Shown in pieces: positions 21,623 through 32,278 of a stretch of 64,000 nucleotides of DNA. Every line of letters starts with the position of its first letter. Positions within the stretch are counted from its first letter, which is position 1. A model generated the notes under the pieces. It had not been told where the DNA came from and did no database searches. It saw nothing but the letters and a program-made list of their open reading frames with translations. The stretch comes from Candidatus Fermentibacterota bacterium. Lineage in GTDB: Bacteria; Fermentibacterota; Fermentibacteria; Fermentibacterales; JCC-6. The translations under genes and the position numbers were made by a program. The DNA is taken from positions 320,001-384,000 of the forward strand of contig CAWJQI010000005.1 of assembly GCA_963845085.1 (NCBI GenBank). The letters are read 5' to 3'.

Positions 21623-22929
21623 GACAGCCCCCTCAGCGCCGCCCGGACCCAGCCATCGACGCTGCCGGCCCCCATGAACAGAAGTGCGGCTGCGTCGGTG
21701 GCTTCAATGATCCCGGCGATGTTATCCTGCCCGGCGGACCTGTACCGTCCGCCGGATGCCCCGATGATCAGCTCCGAGCTCACACCCGGAATGGGCTGTT
21801 CGCGCGACGGATAGACAGGCAGTATCCAGACGTTGCGCGCACGGGAGAGAGCGCCGGCCATCTCCTTGAACAGCATGGCGGTGCGGCTGTACAGATGCGG
21901 CTGGAAAACGGCGTCGACCGGGCCCTTCACGGCCCCGAGCACAGCCCCGAGCGCTGCTTCCATCTCATTCGGATGGTGAGCGTAATCACTTATCAGAAGA
22001 GTGTTTCTTGTGTTACCCAAGCGTTCCAGACGCCTGCTCACGCCAGGCCAGGATTCAAGAGCTGCGAGCGCCTCGCGGGGGGGTGCTCCCGCAGCTTCGG
22101 CGAGGGCGACTGCGGTTGCTGCGTTCCTGAGATTGTGAACCCCCGGCACCGGCAGGTGACCCGCAGCGCCTCTGAACGAGTACTCCATGCCCCAGCCGGA
22201 CTGTTTTCCAGGCTCAAGGTGGTAATCCCCGGACGGCCCGCAGGTGACGACCCGGCGCCCTATCCTCGCGGCCTGTTTCCCCAGGGAGGGTTTTTCGACG
22301 GGAACAGCAACGGTGCCTCCCGGCAGCGTGAGTTCCAGGAACATCTCGAATGCCCATTCGAGGGCCTGAGCCGAACCGTAGCACTCCAGGTGCTCAAGAT
22401 CGAAGGTAGTCACCGCGGCGTGGGAGGCGCTCAACCTGAGGAACGCGCGGTCGTACTCGTCCGCCTCGACAACTGCAAGACGGCCTCCCGGCCTGAAGTT
22501 GCCGCCCCAGGCCGTCATCCCGCCCCCGAGGAATACCGTCGGGTTCATGCCGGTCTCCTGCAGGATCCAGCCTGTCATGGAGGTTGTACTTGTTTTTCCG
22601 TGGGCGCCTGCAACTGCAAGTGTCGTGCACTCCCTGGTCAGGGCGGCAAGCGCCTCGCTTCGCCGCAGCACAGGAATACCCCTGCGCCTCGCCTCGGCAA
22701 GTTCCGGGGTGTCCTCCGGCATCGCGGCGGTGAAGACAACGGCATCCTGCCCCTCAAGGTGCGAGGGGGAGTGCCCGTGGAACACGGTCATGCCTTTGAG
22801 CCCCGCCTCGTCGGCCGAATCCCTGTCGCAGCCGGAGACCTCCCATCCGAGGGAGGAATACCAGCCTGCAAGAGCGCTCATGCCAGCCCCGCGGATTCCG
22901 ACAAGGTGGATCCTTTTTTTCACCGGCAC
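21619..22929 (-). CDS. murC: UDP-N-acetylmuramate--L-alanine ligase
   Basis: GIRGAGMS, GAHGKTST, EADEYD, DYAHHP, FQPHLYSRT. Confidence 0.95.
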   Translation of the reverse strand: MPVKKRIHLVGIRGAGMSALAGWYSSLGWEVSGCDRDSADEAGLKGMTVFHGHSPSHLEGQDAVVFTAAMPEDTPELAEARRRGIPVLRRSEALAALTRECTTLAVAGAHGKTSTTSMTGWILQETGMNPTVFLGGGMTAWGGNFRPGGRLAVVEADEYDRAFLRLSASHAAVTTFDLEHLECYGSAQALEWAFEMFLELTLPGGTVAVPVEKPSLGKQAARIGRRVVTCGPSGDYHLEPGKQSGWGMEYSFRGAAGHLPVPGVHNLRNAATAVALAEAAGAPPREALAALESWPGVSRRLERLGNTRNTLLISDYAHHPNEMEAALGAVLGAVKGPVDAVFQPHLYSRTAMLFKEMAGALSRARNVWILPVYPSREQPIPGVSSELIIGASGGRYRSAGQDNIAGIIEATDAAALLFMGAGSVDGWVRAALRGLS

Positions 22930-23966
22930 AACCTTCCGAGCTGTTGGGAAACCTTCTCCGCGGAATCGGTCGGAAGAAGGCCCTTCATTGCGGCCGACAT
23001 CGAAGAAAGCCTTTGCCTGTCATCAAGAAGCGCGGTAATCTCGTTCCAGAAGCCCGCGCTTTCGATTGAATCCTGCCTTTTCATGAGGGCTCCGCCTGCA
23101 TTTGCGGCAACCATTGCATTTGCTGCCTGGTGGTCATCGGCGGCGTGCGGATACGGAACGAAGAGAGCCGGAACGCCGAACGAGCAAAGTTCGGCGAGCG
23201 ACTGCGCTCCAGCCCGGGCAACTGCAAGGTCCGCTGCGGAGTACCAGTCGGCAAGGTCGTCGACAAAGCCCCTGACGATGAAGCCCGTCCGGGTACCGAG
23301 CCTGTCCGCCACCCTTTTCTCGTCGGCTTCGCCGCACTGCAGCAGAATCCGGATGCCCCCGGGGCACGCCAGCGCAAGGTCGTTAAGGGTCCGCGCCCCC
23401 TGGCTCCCGCCTATGAAAAGCACCACTCTTTCGTCTTCGGAAATGCCCATCCGGCCCCTTGCTCCGGGCGTGCTCAGCCTTTCCTGAAGCGGGATGCCCA
23501 CGGCGCTTACCGGGCAGTGGAAATAACCTTCCTGCCCGGAAAAGGCGGTGAAGGCCAGTTTGCTGAACCTCGAGGCGAGGCGGTTGCTGCGGCCCGGAAC
23601 GGCGTTCGTGTCGAGCACGGCCGACGGTATTCCCGAGAGCCGTGCCGCTACAACGCTGTAGAACGAAGAGTAGCCTCCCGTGCCGAGAACCGCATCGACG
23701 CCAAGCCTTCGAAGAAGGTTTCGCGCCCGCATGAGCGCAAACAATCCGGTCACCGGAAGAAGTATCCTGGACCACTTGTCGGCCCTCGGGCTGCGAAGGA
23801 CGTGGACCCTTGTACCCTCCGATCGGTACATCGCCCGGTCGACTGGCCTCTCGGTGCAGGCGTAGGAGACCCTGGCCCAGCCTTCCCGCTCGATCAGCCT
23901 TCCAACGGCGAGAGCCGGAGCAATGTGCCCCCCTGTTCCCCCTCCCGCCAGCAGGATGTGTTTCAT
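22920..23966 (-). CDS. murG: Lipid I GlcNAc transferase
   Basis: GGGTGGH, GGSQGA, ARAGA, DHQAANA. Confidence 0.95.
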   Translation of the reverse strand: MKHILLAGGGTGGHIAPALAVGRLIEREGWARVSYACTERPVDRAMYRSEGTRVHVLRSPRADKWSRILLPVTGLFALMRARNLLRRLGVDAVLGTGGYSSFYSVVAARLSGIPSAVLDTNAVPGRSNRLASRFSKLAFTAFSGQEGYFHCPVSAVGIPLQERLSTPGARGRMGISEDERVVLFIGGSQGARTLNDLALACPGGIRILLQCGEADEKRVADRLGTRTGFIVRGFVDDLADWYSAADLAVARAGAQSLAELCSFGVPALFVPYPHAADDHQAANAMVAANAGGALMKRQDSIESAGFWNEITALLDDRQRLSSMSAAMKGLLPTDSAEKVSQQLGRLCR

Positions 23967-25069
23967 GTTTCAGCCCTCCCAGCCGTGCCCGCGAGAAATC
24001 CGAGCGCGCCGAGGGTCATTACGATGCTGGTGCCCCCCCAGCTCACCAGCGGGAGGGGAATGCCGGTCGGAGGGAGCAGCTTTGTAACCACCCCGGCATG
24101 AATCAGTATCCCCATCGCAATTATCGAGATGAAACCGCCGGAAGCCATCGAGCAGAACGGCGTGTCCGCACCGGCGGCTATCCGGAAGCCGGCGGTGCAG
24201 ATGGTCAACAACCCGCCGAGAACAAGAAGGACCCCAACGAACCCGGCCTCCTCGCCTATCACCGCGAGGATGTAGTCGCTGAAAGCCTCGGGCAGAAAGC
24301 CGCGCTGCTGCCTTCCCCTGCCGAGTCCCCGGCCGAGAAGTCCCCCGCTCCCGAGGGCGATGCACGCCTGATGGGGCTGGTAACTCCCTCCCGAGAGCTC
24401 CGTTTCGTTCATCCCCGAGGTGATTCTGCTCATTCTGTAGGGGGACGAGACGACTGCAGCCGTGGCAAGCAGAAGAGCGATAAGGCCGAGTATCGCCATG
24501 TGGGCGAACCTGGCTCCGGAAAGCAGGAGCATTACCATCATCACGGCGCCCATGAATGCGGCGCCCGAAAAATCGGGCTGAAGGAGCATGATCACCATCG
24601 GCGCCACGGCGGTGCCCAGAAGGGCGAGCATGTGTACGGGCCGCCTTACGTCCCACCTTCCTCTTGAAACCATGAACGAGGAAAGAATCACGAATGCGTA
24701 GCGCATCAGTTCTGAAGGAAGAAGCCGGATCGGGCCGAGAAAGAGCCAGCGGCTGCTCCCGTTTATGACAGGGGCAATCTGGCTTCCGGAGGCGATCACC
24801 GTGAGGAGGAGCAGCGCCAATGCAACGAAATAGAGCGGAACGGCAAAGTACTGGATCACTGAAGGCCTGATCCTCCAGGCGGCAAAACCCAGAAGAAGGC
24901 CCACGAGTACCCTTCCAAGGTGCCCCTTGAGGTAATGGAGGCTGTCGCCCGTCGGGCTGACCCTCATCGCGGAGAACGCGCTGGCCGTCCAGACCGCAAG
25001 CACGCCCAGAACGATCATCACCGCAGTCGCGGAAAGAAGGATCCTTCGGTCCCTCGAAAGTGCGTTCAC
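23963..25069 (-). CDS. ftsW: SEDS peptidoglycan polymerase FtsW
   Basis: NGSSRW, QPDF, LPEAFSDY, GEEAG, LPLVSWGGTS. Confidence 0.93.
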   Translation of the reverse strand: MNALSRDRRILLSATAVMIVLGVLAVWTASAFSAMRVSPTGDSLHYLKGHLGRVLVGLLLGFAAWRIRPSVIQYFAVPLYFVALALLLLTVIASGSQIAPVINGSSRWLFLGPIRLLPSELMRYAFVILSSFMVSRGRWDVRRPVHMLALLGTAVAPMVIMLLQPDFSGAAFMGAVMMVMLLLSGARFAHMAILGLIALLLATAAVVSSPYRMSRITSGMNETELSGGSYQPHQACIALGSGGLLGRGLGRGRQQRGFLPEAFSDYILAVIGEEAGFVGVLLVLGGLLTICTAGFRIAAGADTPFCSMASGGFISIIAMGILIHAGVVTKLLPPTGIPLPLVSWGGTSIVMTLGALGFLAGTAGRAET

Positions 25070-26409
25070 CGCATTTCCTCCACGAGTCTTCTGAAATGGT
25101 CGCCGCGTTCCTCGAAATTGTTGTACTGGTCGAAGCTTGCGCAGCCCGGAGACAAGAGGACGGTCTCCCCCGATACCGCGGCGTTCCTCGCCGCCCTGAC
25201 CGCGCCCGGCAGGTCAGGAACCAGAACCGGGGCCGGGATGCCCCGCCAGGACTCTGCAAGAAGCCCGGCAGCCTCGCCGAACAGAATGACAACCCGTGTC
25301 TTCTCCCTGACCAGCTGCGCAAGAAGCGAGTAATCGGTTTCTTTGGCCCTTCCTCCGGCAAGGAGCACAACGGGCTTTCCCGCTGCTTCGAGGGCAACCC
25401 TCAGCGAATCAGGGTTTGTCGACTTCGAGTCGTTGACCCAGGTTACGCTGTCGATCTCTGCGACGGTCTCGATACGGTGGGGAACACCGGTAAACTCGAC
25501 CAGCCCGGGGATCATTTCTCCGGGGGTAAGCCCGGCCCCGTAGGCGAGACACACAACTGCAAGCGCGTTGTAAAGGTTGTGCCTGCCGGGAAGGTTCAAA
25601 AGCCTGGAATCAAGCACGGGCTGCGTCTCCCCGTCCATCCGCACGACGATCATTCCGTTTTCATCAACCCACGCACCGCGGTTCTGCGGCCTGTCCAGGC
25701 TGAAGACCATCTCCGTCCCCCGGCTTCTTCCGAACAGGTCGGCCAGGTTCATGTCGTCGCCGTTGAGGACCGTGATGTCCTCCGAGTGCTGATTCAGGAA
25801 TATCCTTGCCTTTGCCGAGGCGTATCCGTCCATCGATCCGTGCCTGGCCAGATGGTCGGGGGTGATGTTCAGTATCGCGGCGCCTCTCGGACGGAACCGT
25901 TCGACGGTTTCGAGCTGGTAGCTCGATACTTCCACAACGAAGGTGTCCGAGGAGGGGTTCTCAAGAACGGCGCGGCTGAACGCATATCCCGTATTGCCGC
26001 ATACCACGGCCTTGTAGCCCGCACGGTTGAGCATGAACCCGAGCCATTCCGTTGTTGTCGTCTTTCCGTTCGAGCCGGTCACGGCGTAAATGCCCGCCGA
26101 GGTGTTTGCAGCGGCCAGTTCAATCTCGCCGATGATCGGGATGCCCATCTTCCTTGCCTCGTCCGGGAACACCGACCTCGGGTTGACGCCGGGGCTGAGA
26201 ACAAGGCCGTCCAACTTCTCTATCTCTTCGGGAACGAACGGGCATGTGAGCATTTCGTCCACGGAATCGGGCTGCTTCACGGACGGGGAGCAATCGAATC
26301 CCATCACCCGGAAGCCGCGGGATTTAAGAAGTGCCGCCGCGGCAACGCCGCTGATCCCAAGGCCGATGACACCGATCCTTCTTCCGCCGCCCTCGTTCCA
26401 GTACGCCAT
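25066..26409 (-). CDS. murD: UDP-MurNAc-L-Ala--D-glutamate ligase
   Basis: GSNGKTTT, EVSSYQLE, PDHLARH, NDSKSTN, SPGCASFDQ. Confidence 0.96.
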   Translation of the reverse strand: MAYWNEGGGRRIGVIGLGISGVAAAALLKSRGFRVMGFDCSPSVKQPDSVDEMLTCPFVPEEIEKLDGLVLSPGVNPRSVFPDEARKMGIPIIGEIELAAANTSAGIYAVTGSNGKTTTTEWLGFMLNRAGYKAVVCGNTGYAFSRAVLENPSSDTFVVEVSSYQLETVERFRPRGAAILNITPDHLARHGSMDGYASAKARIFLNQHSEDITVLNGDDMNLADLFGRSRGTEMVFSLDRPQNRGAWVDENGMIVVRMDGETQPVLDSRLLNLPGRHNLYNALAVVCLAYGAGLTPGEMIPGLVEFTGVPHRIETVAEIDSVTWVNDSKSTNPDSLRVALEAAGKPVVLLAGGRAKETDYSLLAQLVREKTRVVILFGEAAGLLAESWRGIPAPVLVPDLPGAVRAARNAAVSGETVLLSPGCASFDQYNNFEERGDHFRRLVEEMR

Positions 26410-26426
26410 CCCGCTCACCCCCGCTT

Positions 26427-27584
26427 CTACCTGATCTTGAAGGTGCTGAGCCCGAGCAGCCCGAGAATCGCCGCTATGATCCAGAAACGGACCACGACCT
26501 TGCTCTCCGCCCACCCCAAAAGCTCGAAATGGTGATGAATCGGCGCCATTCGGAAGAACCTTTTACCGGTCCTCTTGAAATGGAACACCTGGATCATCAC
26601 ACTGAGGGTCTCAGCAACGAACACACCCCCCACGAGAAAGAGAAGCAGTTCGTTCCTCGTCACCACGGCCATCGACCCGATGGCGCCCCCGAGTGCGAGG
26701 GAACCCGTGTCGCCCATGAACACCTGTGCTGGGGGGGCGTTGTACCAGAGAAAGACGAGGCAGGCGCCCGCCAGCGCTCCACTGAAAACCATAAGCTCGC
26801 CCACACCGGGAAGGTGGGAGAACTGGAGGTATCGGGCGAAGTTCGCGTGGCCCAGAAAGTATGCCAGTGCGCCGAATGTCAGAACCGAGATGAGGCTGAC
26901 CCCTGTCGCCAGGCCGTCAAGCCCGTCCGTCAGGTTCACCGCGTTGGTTGTGCCGGCGAGGACTATCGTAACGAGGAGGAGGTAGAGTATCCCGAAATCA
27001 ACGCGGACGCCCTTGAAGAATGGAACAGTCGTCTCGGTCGAGTAGATGGTTATCTCCTCACTGTCGAGGTCAACCGTTCTGACTGCCGGCGTGATCGACG
27101 GAACATGCGGCGCGTTCTGTGGCTGCGGGGGCGTGAAGAAAAGCCAGATGCCCACTCCAAGCCCGAGAGTGCACTGCCCGAGCAGTTTGTACCTGCCGAC
27201 AAGCCCCTTGGATGATTTTCGGACAACCTTGAGATAGTCGTCAAAGAGGCCGATGAACCCCATCCACAGTGTGCTCGTGATCACCACAAGAAGCGATGTG
27301 CTGTCGAGTCTTCCCCAGAGAAGCACCGGGATGAGCACCGATACGAGAATGATGATGCCTCCCATCGTGGGAGTACCCTTTTTGCTGATATGGCTTTTCG
27401 GGCCGTCGTCACGGACCTCCTGGCCTATCTGCTTCTTCGTGAGCAGCCTGATGATCCCGGGTGCGATCAGAAAACCGGTAATGAGCGCTGTAAGTGTTGC
27501 CCCCGCTGCGCGTACCGTAATGTAGCCGAACAGGTTGAAAAAGCCTGTCCCGTCCCTGAGAGGGTAGAGCAGCCAGTACAGCAT
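26427..27584 (-). CDS. mraY: Phospho-MurNAc-pentapeptide transferase
   Basis: KKGTPTMGG, NAVNLTDGLDGL, FMGDTGS, APIHHHFE. Confidence 0.97.
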   Translation of the reverse strand: MLYWLLYPLRDGTGFFNLFGYITVRAAGATLTALITGFLIAPGIIRLLTKKQIGQEVRDDGPKSHISKKGTPTMGGIIILVSVLIPVLLWGRLDSTSLLVVITSTLWMGFIGLFDDYLKVVRKSSKGLVGRYKLLGQCTLGLGVGIWLFFTPPQPQNAPHVPSITPAVRTVDLDSEEITIYSTETTVPFFKGVRVDFGILYLLLVTIVLAGTTNAVNLTDGLDGLATGVSLISVLTFGALAYFLGHANFARYLQFSHLPGVGELMVFSGALAGACLVFLWYNAPPAQVFMGDTGSLALGGAIGSMAVVTRNELLLFLVGGVFVAETLSVMIQVFHFKRTGKRFFRMAPIHHHFELLGWAESKVVVRFWIIAAILGLLGLSTFKIR

Positions 27585-28870
27585 CAGTCTCCCTCCTCCA
27601 CAAGCCCGTCTACAACGGCCTCGAGCCCGAGTGAGTGGCTTCCCTTCACGAGGATCCTGTCCCCGCTTTTCATGCTTTCCCTTACCAGTTCAAGCGCCGC
27701 GCGCGCATCGGGTACCCAGGTGAGCCCTTCCCCCCCCGAAAACACCTGCTCGAACTCGGCACCCACCAGCACGACAAGCCGAAGCCCCATCCCGGCAACC
27801 TTTCCAAGGATCGTCCGATGGGCTTCCTCCGAATGGTCGCCAAGCTCCAGCATATCACCCAGAACCGCAATCCCGTGCTTCCCGGAATCCCCGAGGAGCT
27901 CGAGACACGCAAGCATGGAATCGGGGTTGGCGTTATAGCTCTCGTCGAGAATGGTGGCTCCCCCCGAGGACAGAACCCTGCCGCGGCCCGGCATCCCCGT
28001 GTAGCCTTCCATCGCCGCGACTGCGATGCCGGGATCGACGCCGAGAATTGAGGCTGCGGCAACCGCTGTAAGGGCGTTTTCAAGGTTATGGGCTCCCTGG
28101 ACGCCGAGCCTGGGCCGGATGCCCCATGGCATGAGGAGCCCGTCCTCGACCCAGACATCCCCGCCGGGTCCGGTGGTGAGCACGTTCAGCCTTCTTTCAA
28201 GGGCGGCATCGATCAGCACCCGCTCGCCCGCGGGGACAACGGCCGTCCCGCCCTCCCTTGTGGTCGTGAGAAGCTCGGCCTTCGCGCATGCGATCCCCTC
28301 GCGCGAACCGAAGTACTCAATGTGAGCCGATCCGATGTTCGTTATGACCGTGATGTCGGGGGCGGCAACGGTTCCCAGTTCAAGGAGTTCGCCGGCATGG
28401 TTCATGCCCAGCTCCAGGACGAGGGCTGAGGCGGCAGGCGACGAATTGAGAAGAGTCAGCGGCAGCCCCAGCCTGTTGTTCAGGTTGCCCCGCGTTCCCT
28501 CGGCCCTCATCGAGGACCCGAGCGCCAGCAGGAGCAGTTCACGCGTGGTTGTCTTGCCGCTGCTTCCGGTGACTGCGATGACGGGGCACGAAAAGCGGGC
28601 CCTCGCCCACCGTCCCGCTTCGAGCAGGGCGCAGCCGGTGTCGTGCACCACTATCACCGGCCCCGAAAACCCCTTTCGTGAAACAACGGCGGCCGATCCC
28701 CGCGCAATTGCCTCCTCAACAAAGCTGTGACCATGGGTCCTGCTTCCCGGCAGGGCGAAGAACAGGCTTCCGGGTCCGCTGCTTCTGGAATCGATGAAGG
28801 CCCTGTCGAAGCTGTAGTCGGTGTCACAGGGAACGCCAAGGTAGCCGGCAAGGGAGTCAAGCCGCATCAT
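27584..28870 (-). CDS. murF: UDP-MurNAc-tripeptide--D-Ala-D-Ala ligase
   Basis: TGSSGKTTT, NNRLGLP, YNANPDS, GDMLELG, VKGS. Confidence 0.95.
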   Translation of the reverse strand: MMRLDSLAGYLGVPCDTDYSFDRAFIDSRSSGPGSLFFALPGSRTHGHSFVEEAIARGSAAVVSRKGFSGPVIVVHDTGCALLEAGRWARARFSCPVIAVTGSSGKTTTRELLLLALGSSMRAEGTRGNLNNRLGLPLTLLNSSPAASALVLELGMNHAGELLELGTVAAPDITVITNIGSAHIEYFGSREGIACAKAELLTTTREGGTAVVPAGERVLIDAALERRLNVLTTGPGGDVWVEDGLLMPWGIRPRLGVQGAHNLENALTAVAAASILGVDPGIAVAAMEGYTGMPGRGRVLSSGGATILDESYNANPDSMLACLELLGDSGKHGIAVLGDMLELGDHSEEAHRTILGKVAGMGLRLVVLVGAEFEQVFSGGEGLTWVPDARAALELVRESMKSGDRILVKGSHSLGLEAVVDGLVEEGD

Positions 28871-30306
28871 GAGAGCTCCCTGAGAACGGCGGATGCCTCT
28901 TCCCTGTCATCGAAGTGCACCTTCACTGTGCCCAGGATCTGGTAGTCTTCGTGGCCCTTTCCGGCAATGATCACCACATCGCCCGGACGGGCGGTTGTGA
29001 GGGCGGTTCTAATTGCACTGCGCCGGTCCGGCTCCACAGTCACGCCGTTCATGTCGTCAATTCCTGAGAGAATTCCCTTTATGATCGCACCGGGTTCCTC
29101 GGTTCTCGGATTGTCGCTTGTGATGATGGATACATGTGCAAGCCTTCGGGATATGGCGCCCATCAGCGGCCTTTTCCCGGGGTCTCTGTCTCCTCCGCAG
29201 CCGAATACGGAGATAAGCCTTCCCCTGGCCAGCTCCCTCCCCTGGGTGAGCACCCTTTCAAGGGCGTCGGGCGTGTGCGCATAATCGACGGCCACAAGGA
29301 ACCCGACCGCACCGGGCACCCTCTCCATCCTTCCCGGAACTCCGGGAAAGGCTGCAAGCGCCCCGACCGCAGTATCGATCGGGATGCCGAGCTGGGCCGC
29401 GGACGCGATGGCCCCCGCCGAGTTCACGATGCTGAAGGTGCCGGGAGCGCGAAGCAGAACTTCCTTCACCGCACCCCCCGGGACCCTCAGGGAGTAGCTT
29501 GAGCCTTCGATGCCCGTGACGGCACCGCTTATCATGAAATCGTCGCCGGGAAGAACACCGAATGTCACCGCGCCCGGCACTGCCGGCCACTCCGGTGAGA
29601 CGCTTCCCATGACAGCCCTTCCCCCGGGCTTGAGCAGGCCGAGCAGCCTGAGCTTCGCCTGCAGGTATTCCTCCATCGTGCCGTGGAAATCGAGATGGTC
29701 CTGGCTGATGTTGGTGAAGACCGCGACATTGAACCTCACCGAATCGACCCTTGCAAGGGACAGCGCATGACTCGACACTTCCATCACGCATGCTCCGTCG
29801 CCCCCGTCCGCCATGGCACGCATAAGCCTTGTTGTCTCAAGCGAGTCGGGGGTGGTCACATCAGCCGGAAGATGCCGGCCCGCAACTACATGGCCGACTG
29901 TTCCCATGATGCCCGTGGGAACGCCCGCTTCGGAAAGTATCCAGGCCAGCATGTGCGCGGTGCTTGTCTTGCCGTTGGTTCCCGTTATGCCTACGCACCT
30001 TATCCCGCTCCAGGGTTCACGGTAGAACCTCGCCGCAAGCCGGGCAAGGATCGCGCGATTGTCGCCCGTCGGATTCAGGAAAACCTCACTCCTTGGCGAA
30101 GTCGGGGCCGTCTCGGAGAGCACGGCTGCGGCGCCTGCGGCAAGAGCCTCTTCAATGTGAAGATGACCGTCGGTCCTGAAACCGCTGATCGCCACAAAGA
30201 GGGCGCCGGAAGTCACATTCCGCGAGTCGCACGTAATGCCTTCGATCTCGGGATCGTACCCGGCAACTTCGATTCCGAACCCCAGGAGGAGCGATGAAAG
30301 CCTCAC
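28867..30306 (-). CDS. murE: UDP-MurNAc-dipeptide--meso-DAP ligase
   Basis: GTNGKTS, MEVSSH, DYAHTPD, DNPR (meso-DAP motif), GKGHE; GTG start overlaps the ftsI stop. Confidence 0.95.
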   Translation of the reverse strand: MRLSSLLLGFGIEVAGYDPEIEGITCDSRNVTSGALFVAISGFRTDGHLHIEEALAAGAAAVLSETAPTSPRSEVFLNPTGDNRAILARLAARFYREPWSGIRCVGITGTNGKTSTAHMLAWILSEAGVPTGIMGTVGHVVAGRHLPADVTTPDSLETTRLMRAMADGGDGACVMEVSSHALSLARVDSVRFNVAVFTNISQDHLDFHGTMEEYLQAKLRLLGLLKPGGRAVMGSVSPEWPAVPGAVTFGVLPGDDFMISGAVTGIEGSSYSLRVPGGAVKEVLLRAPGTFSIVNSAGAIASAAQLGIPIDTAVGALAAFPGVPGRMERVPGAVGFLVAVDYAHTPDALERVLTQGRELARGRLISVFGCGGDRDPGKRPLMGAISRRLAHVSIITSDNPRTEEPGAIIKGILSGIDDMNGVTVEPDRRSAIRTALTTARPGDVVIIAGKGHEDYQILGTVKVHFDDREEASAVLRELS

Positions 30307-32012
30307 TGCGCGCCTCCCGATGCAAGAAGCCCGTCGCTGCTGCCCTGAGGTGTGAGCGCTACATCGGGCTCCGACGAGAGGATCCGCGAAACGATCGCCT
30401 GGAAGGCCGGTGCGGCCAGCGTGCTTCCCCAGCGGTAGTAATGCGCGGGCTGATCGATCACAACAACTGCCACCAGCTCGGGGCATTCCGCGGGAACCAT
30501 TCCCGCAAAGGCTGAGAGGTATGCGTTGTTTCCAAGTGCAAGCCTCTCCGCCGTACCGGTCTTGCCGGCAATTCTCACACCCGGGATCATCGCGGAGCGG
30601 CCGGTTCCCTCTTCAACAGCAGCGGTCAGAATGGTCCGGATCAGCGCCGCTGTTTCCGGGGAGATGACCCTGCCGCGTTCGAACACGTTCCAGTGCCGCC
30701 ACACACCGTCCGTGCCGGTGGCACTGACAAGCCTGGGGCCGTAAAGGATGCCTCCGTTGGCGATGGCGCTGTACGCCATGGCAAGTTGAAGGGGGGTGAC
30801 GCAGATTTCCTGGCCGATCGCCAGGTTCGCGCGGCTGACCCCCGACCACATCGAAACCGGGTAAAGGATACCGTCAAGTTCGCCCGGCAGCTCCACGCCA
30901 GTGGCGCGGCCGAATCCGAACCCGCGGCAGTATTCGTAAAGGATCGAATCTGGGATCGACCTCGCCATCATGACGGTTCCCACGTTGCTGCTCTGCGAGA
31001 TGACATCGGACAGGCAGAGCACGCTGTCGATAAGGTGGCTGTCGTGTATCCTCGTGCCCGCCACCTCGAGCCAGCCCTGGGATACGTCGAAGCTGTCGGA
31101 AAGGGAAACGAGATCCTCCTCGAGCGCGGCGGCAAGTGCGAAGGTCTTGAATGTGCTGCCTGGCTCGTGGTTGCTCTGAACGCAGTTGTTCCTTGCCGGC
31201 ACCCCGAGCGAGTCCCTGACGGGATAGCTTGCCATCGCCAGTATGTCGCCGTTCGACGGGTCGACGACCACAACAGCACCCCATGCGGCCCCAGCAAGCT
31301 GAACAGCTTTTTCGAGCTCCTCCTGTGCTATGGCCTGAAAGCGGGCGTCTATCGTGAGGATCACATCAAGGCCGTCCTGCGCCGGTTCGCTCTCCGAATC
31401 GATGTCCCTCAGGCTGTAGTCGTTCCAGGCGCTTCTCTCGAGCGAGGTGTGGCCGGGGATGCCCTGCAGGATCGAATTGAGCTGAAGCTCGAGCCCTTCC
31501 GTGTGATCGGGCGTGCAACGGCCGAGAATGGGGGCCATCGCATCACCCATTGGGTAGGTTCTCCGGTTCAGAACGGTGCAGTTCACCATTCGGGAGCCGT
31601 GGCTCATCACATCAAGCGCCACCGGATAGGGTACATTGTCGGCCAGGACCTGATAACCGGGTTTTCTGTCCAGCGGGACCGGGAAACCGGCCTCGGAGAG
31701 AAGGCCTGCTACCCTGTCGACCTCCGACGCCTGATCCGCGGGCACCCCGGGCCAGTACACACTGAAGCGTGCGAAAGACTCGTTGCCTGCAACCAGGTAG
31801 CCGTTCCTGTCGAAGATCCGCCCGCGACCGGGCTCGACGACCACCTCCACGGTGTTCTGATCGTCGGCAAGCTCGCGCCACCTCCCGTGGTCGATGATCT
31901 GTATTCGGAATAGTGATGCAGCAATGAGAAGAAAGAAAGCCATATTCAGAAGCAGGCACAGCTTCAGCCTGGCTCCAAGCCTCTCGTTGATCCCGTCCCT
32001 CTGCTGCTTCAC
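30303..32012 (-). CDS. ftsI: Class B penicillin-binding protein (FtsI/PBP3)
   Basis: RGRIFDRNG, PGSTFK, SSN, GKTGT. Confidence 0.93.
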   Translation of the reverse strand: MKQQRDGINERLGARLKLCLLLNMAFFLLIAASLFRIQIIDHGRWRELADDQNTVEVVVEPGRGRIFDRNGYLVAGNESFARFSVYWPGVPADQASEVDRVAGLLSEAGFPVPLDRKPGYQVLADNVPYPVALDVMSHGSRMVNCTVLNRRTYPMGDAMAPILGRCTPDHTEGLELQLNSILQGIPGHTSLERSAWNDYSLRDIDSESEPAQDGLDVILTIDARFQAIAQEELEKAVQLAGAAWGAVVVVDPSNGDILAMASYPVRDSLGVPARNNCVQSNHEPGSTFKTFALAAALEEDLVSLSDSFDVSQGWLEVAGTRIHDSHLIDSVLCLSDVISQSSNVGTVMMARSIPDSILYEYCRGFGFGRATGVELPGELDGILYPVSMWSGVSRANLAIGQEICVTPLQLAMAYSAIANGGILYGPRLVSATGTDGVWRHWNVFERGRVISPETAALIRTILTAAVEEGTGRSAMIPGVRIAGKTGTAERLALGNNAYLSAFAGMVPAECPELVAVVVIDQPAHYYRWGSTLAAPAFQAIVSRILSSEPDVALTPQGSSDGLLASGGAQ

Positions 32013-32278
32013 TGTTTCTCCAGCAATGTGAACGAGGACAGCGGGAGGGGAGCAAGCCCGAGGGCCTCCCCGACCTCCCTCAGCCTCTGCGGGTTCTCGA
32101 GCCTGGCTATCGTGCCCTCGGCCTCCGACACCCTGCGGTCGAGCCTGTCAAGTTCCTGCTCCATCCGGTGGAGTTCCACGAGCCTCGACAACCTGAAGTT
32201 CTTCATTCCCATCTGGATCACTGCATTGAGAAGGAGGGCGGCGAGGACCATGACCAGTATCGTGCTTCTCTGGCTCAT
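32009..32278 (-). CDS. ftsL: FtsL-like septum protein
   Basis: Short TM plus coiled coil, LENPQRL; between rsmH and ftsI. Confidence 0.75.
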   Translation of the reverse strand: MSQRSTILVMVLAALLLNAVIQMGMKNFRLSRLVELHRMEQELDRLDRRVSEAEGTIARLENPQRLREVGEALGLAPLPLSSFTLLEKQ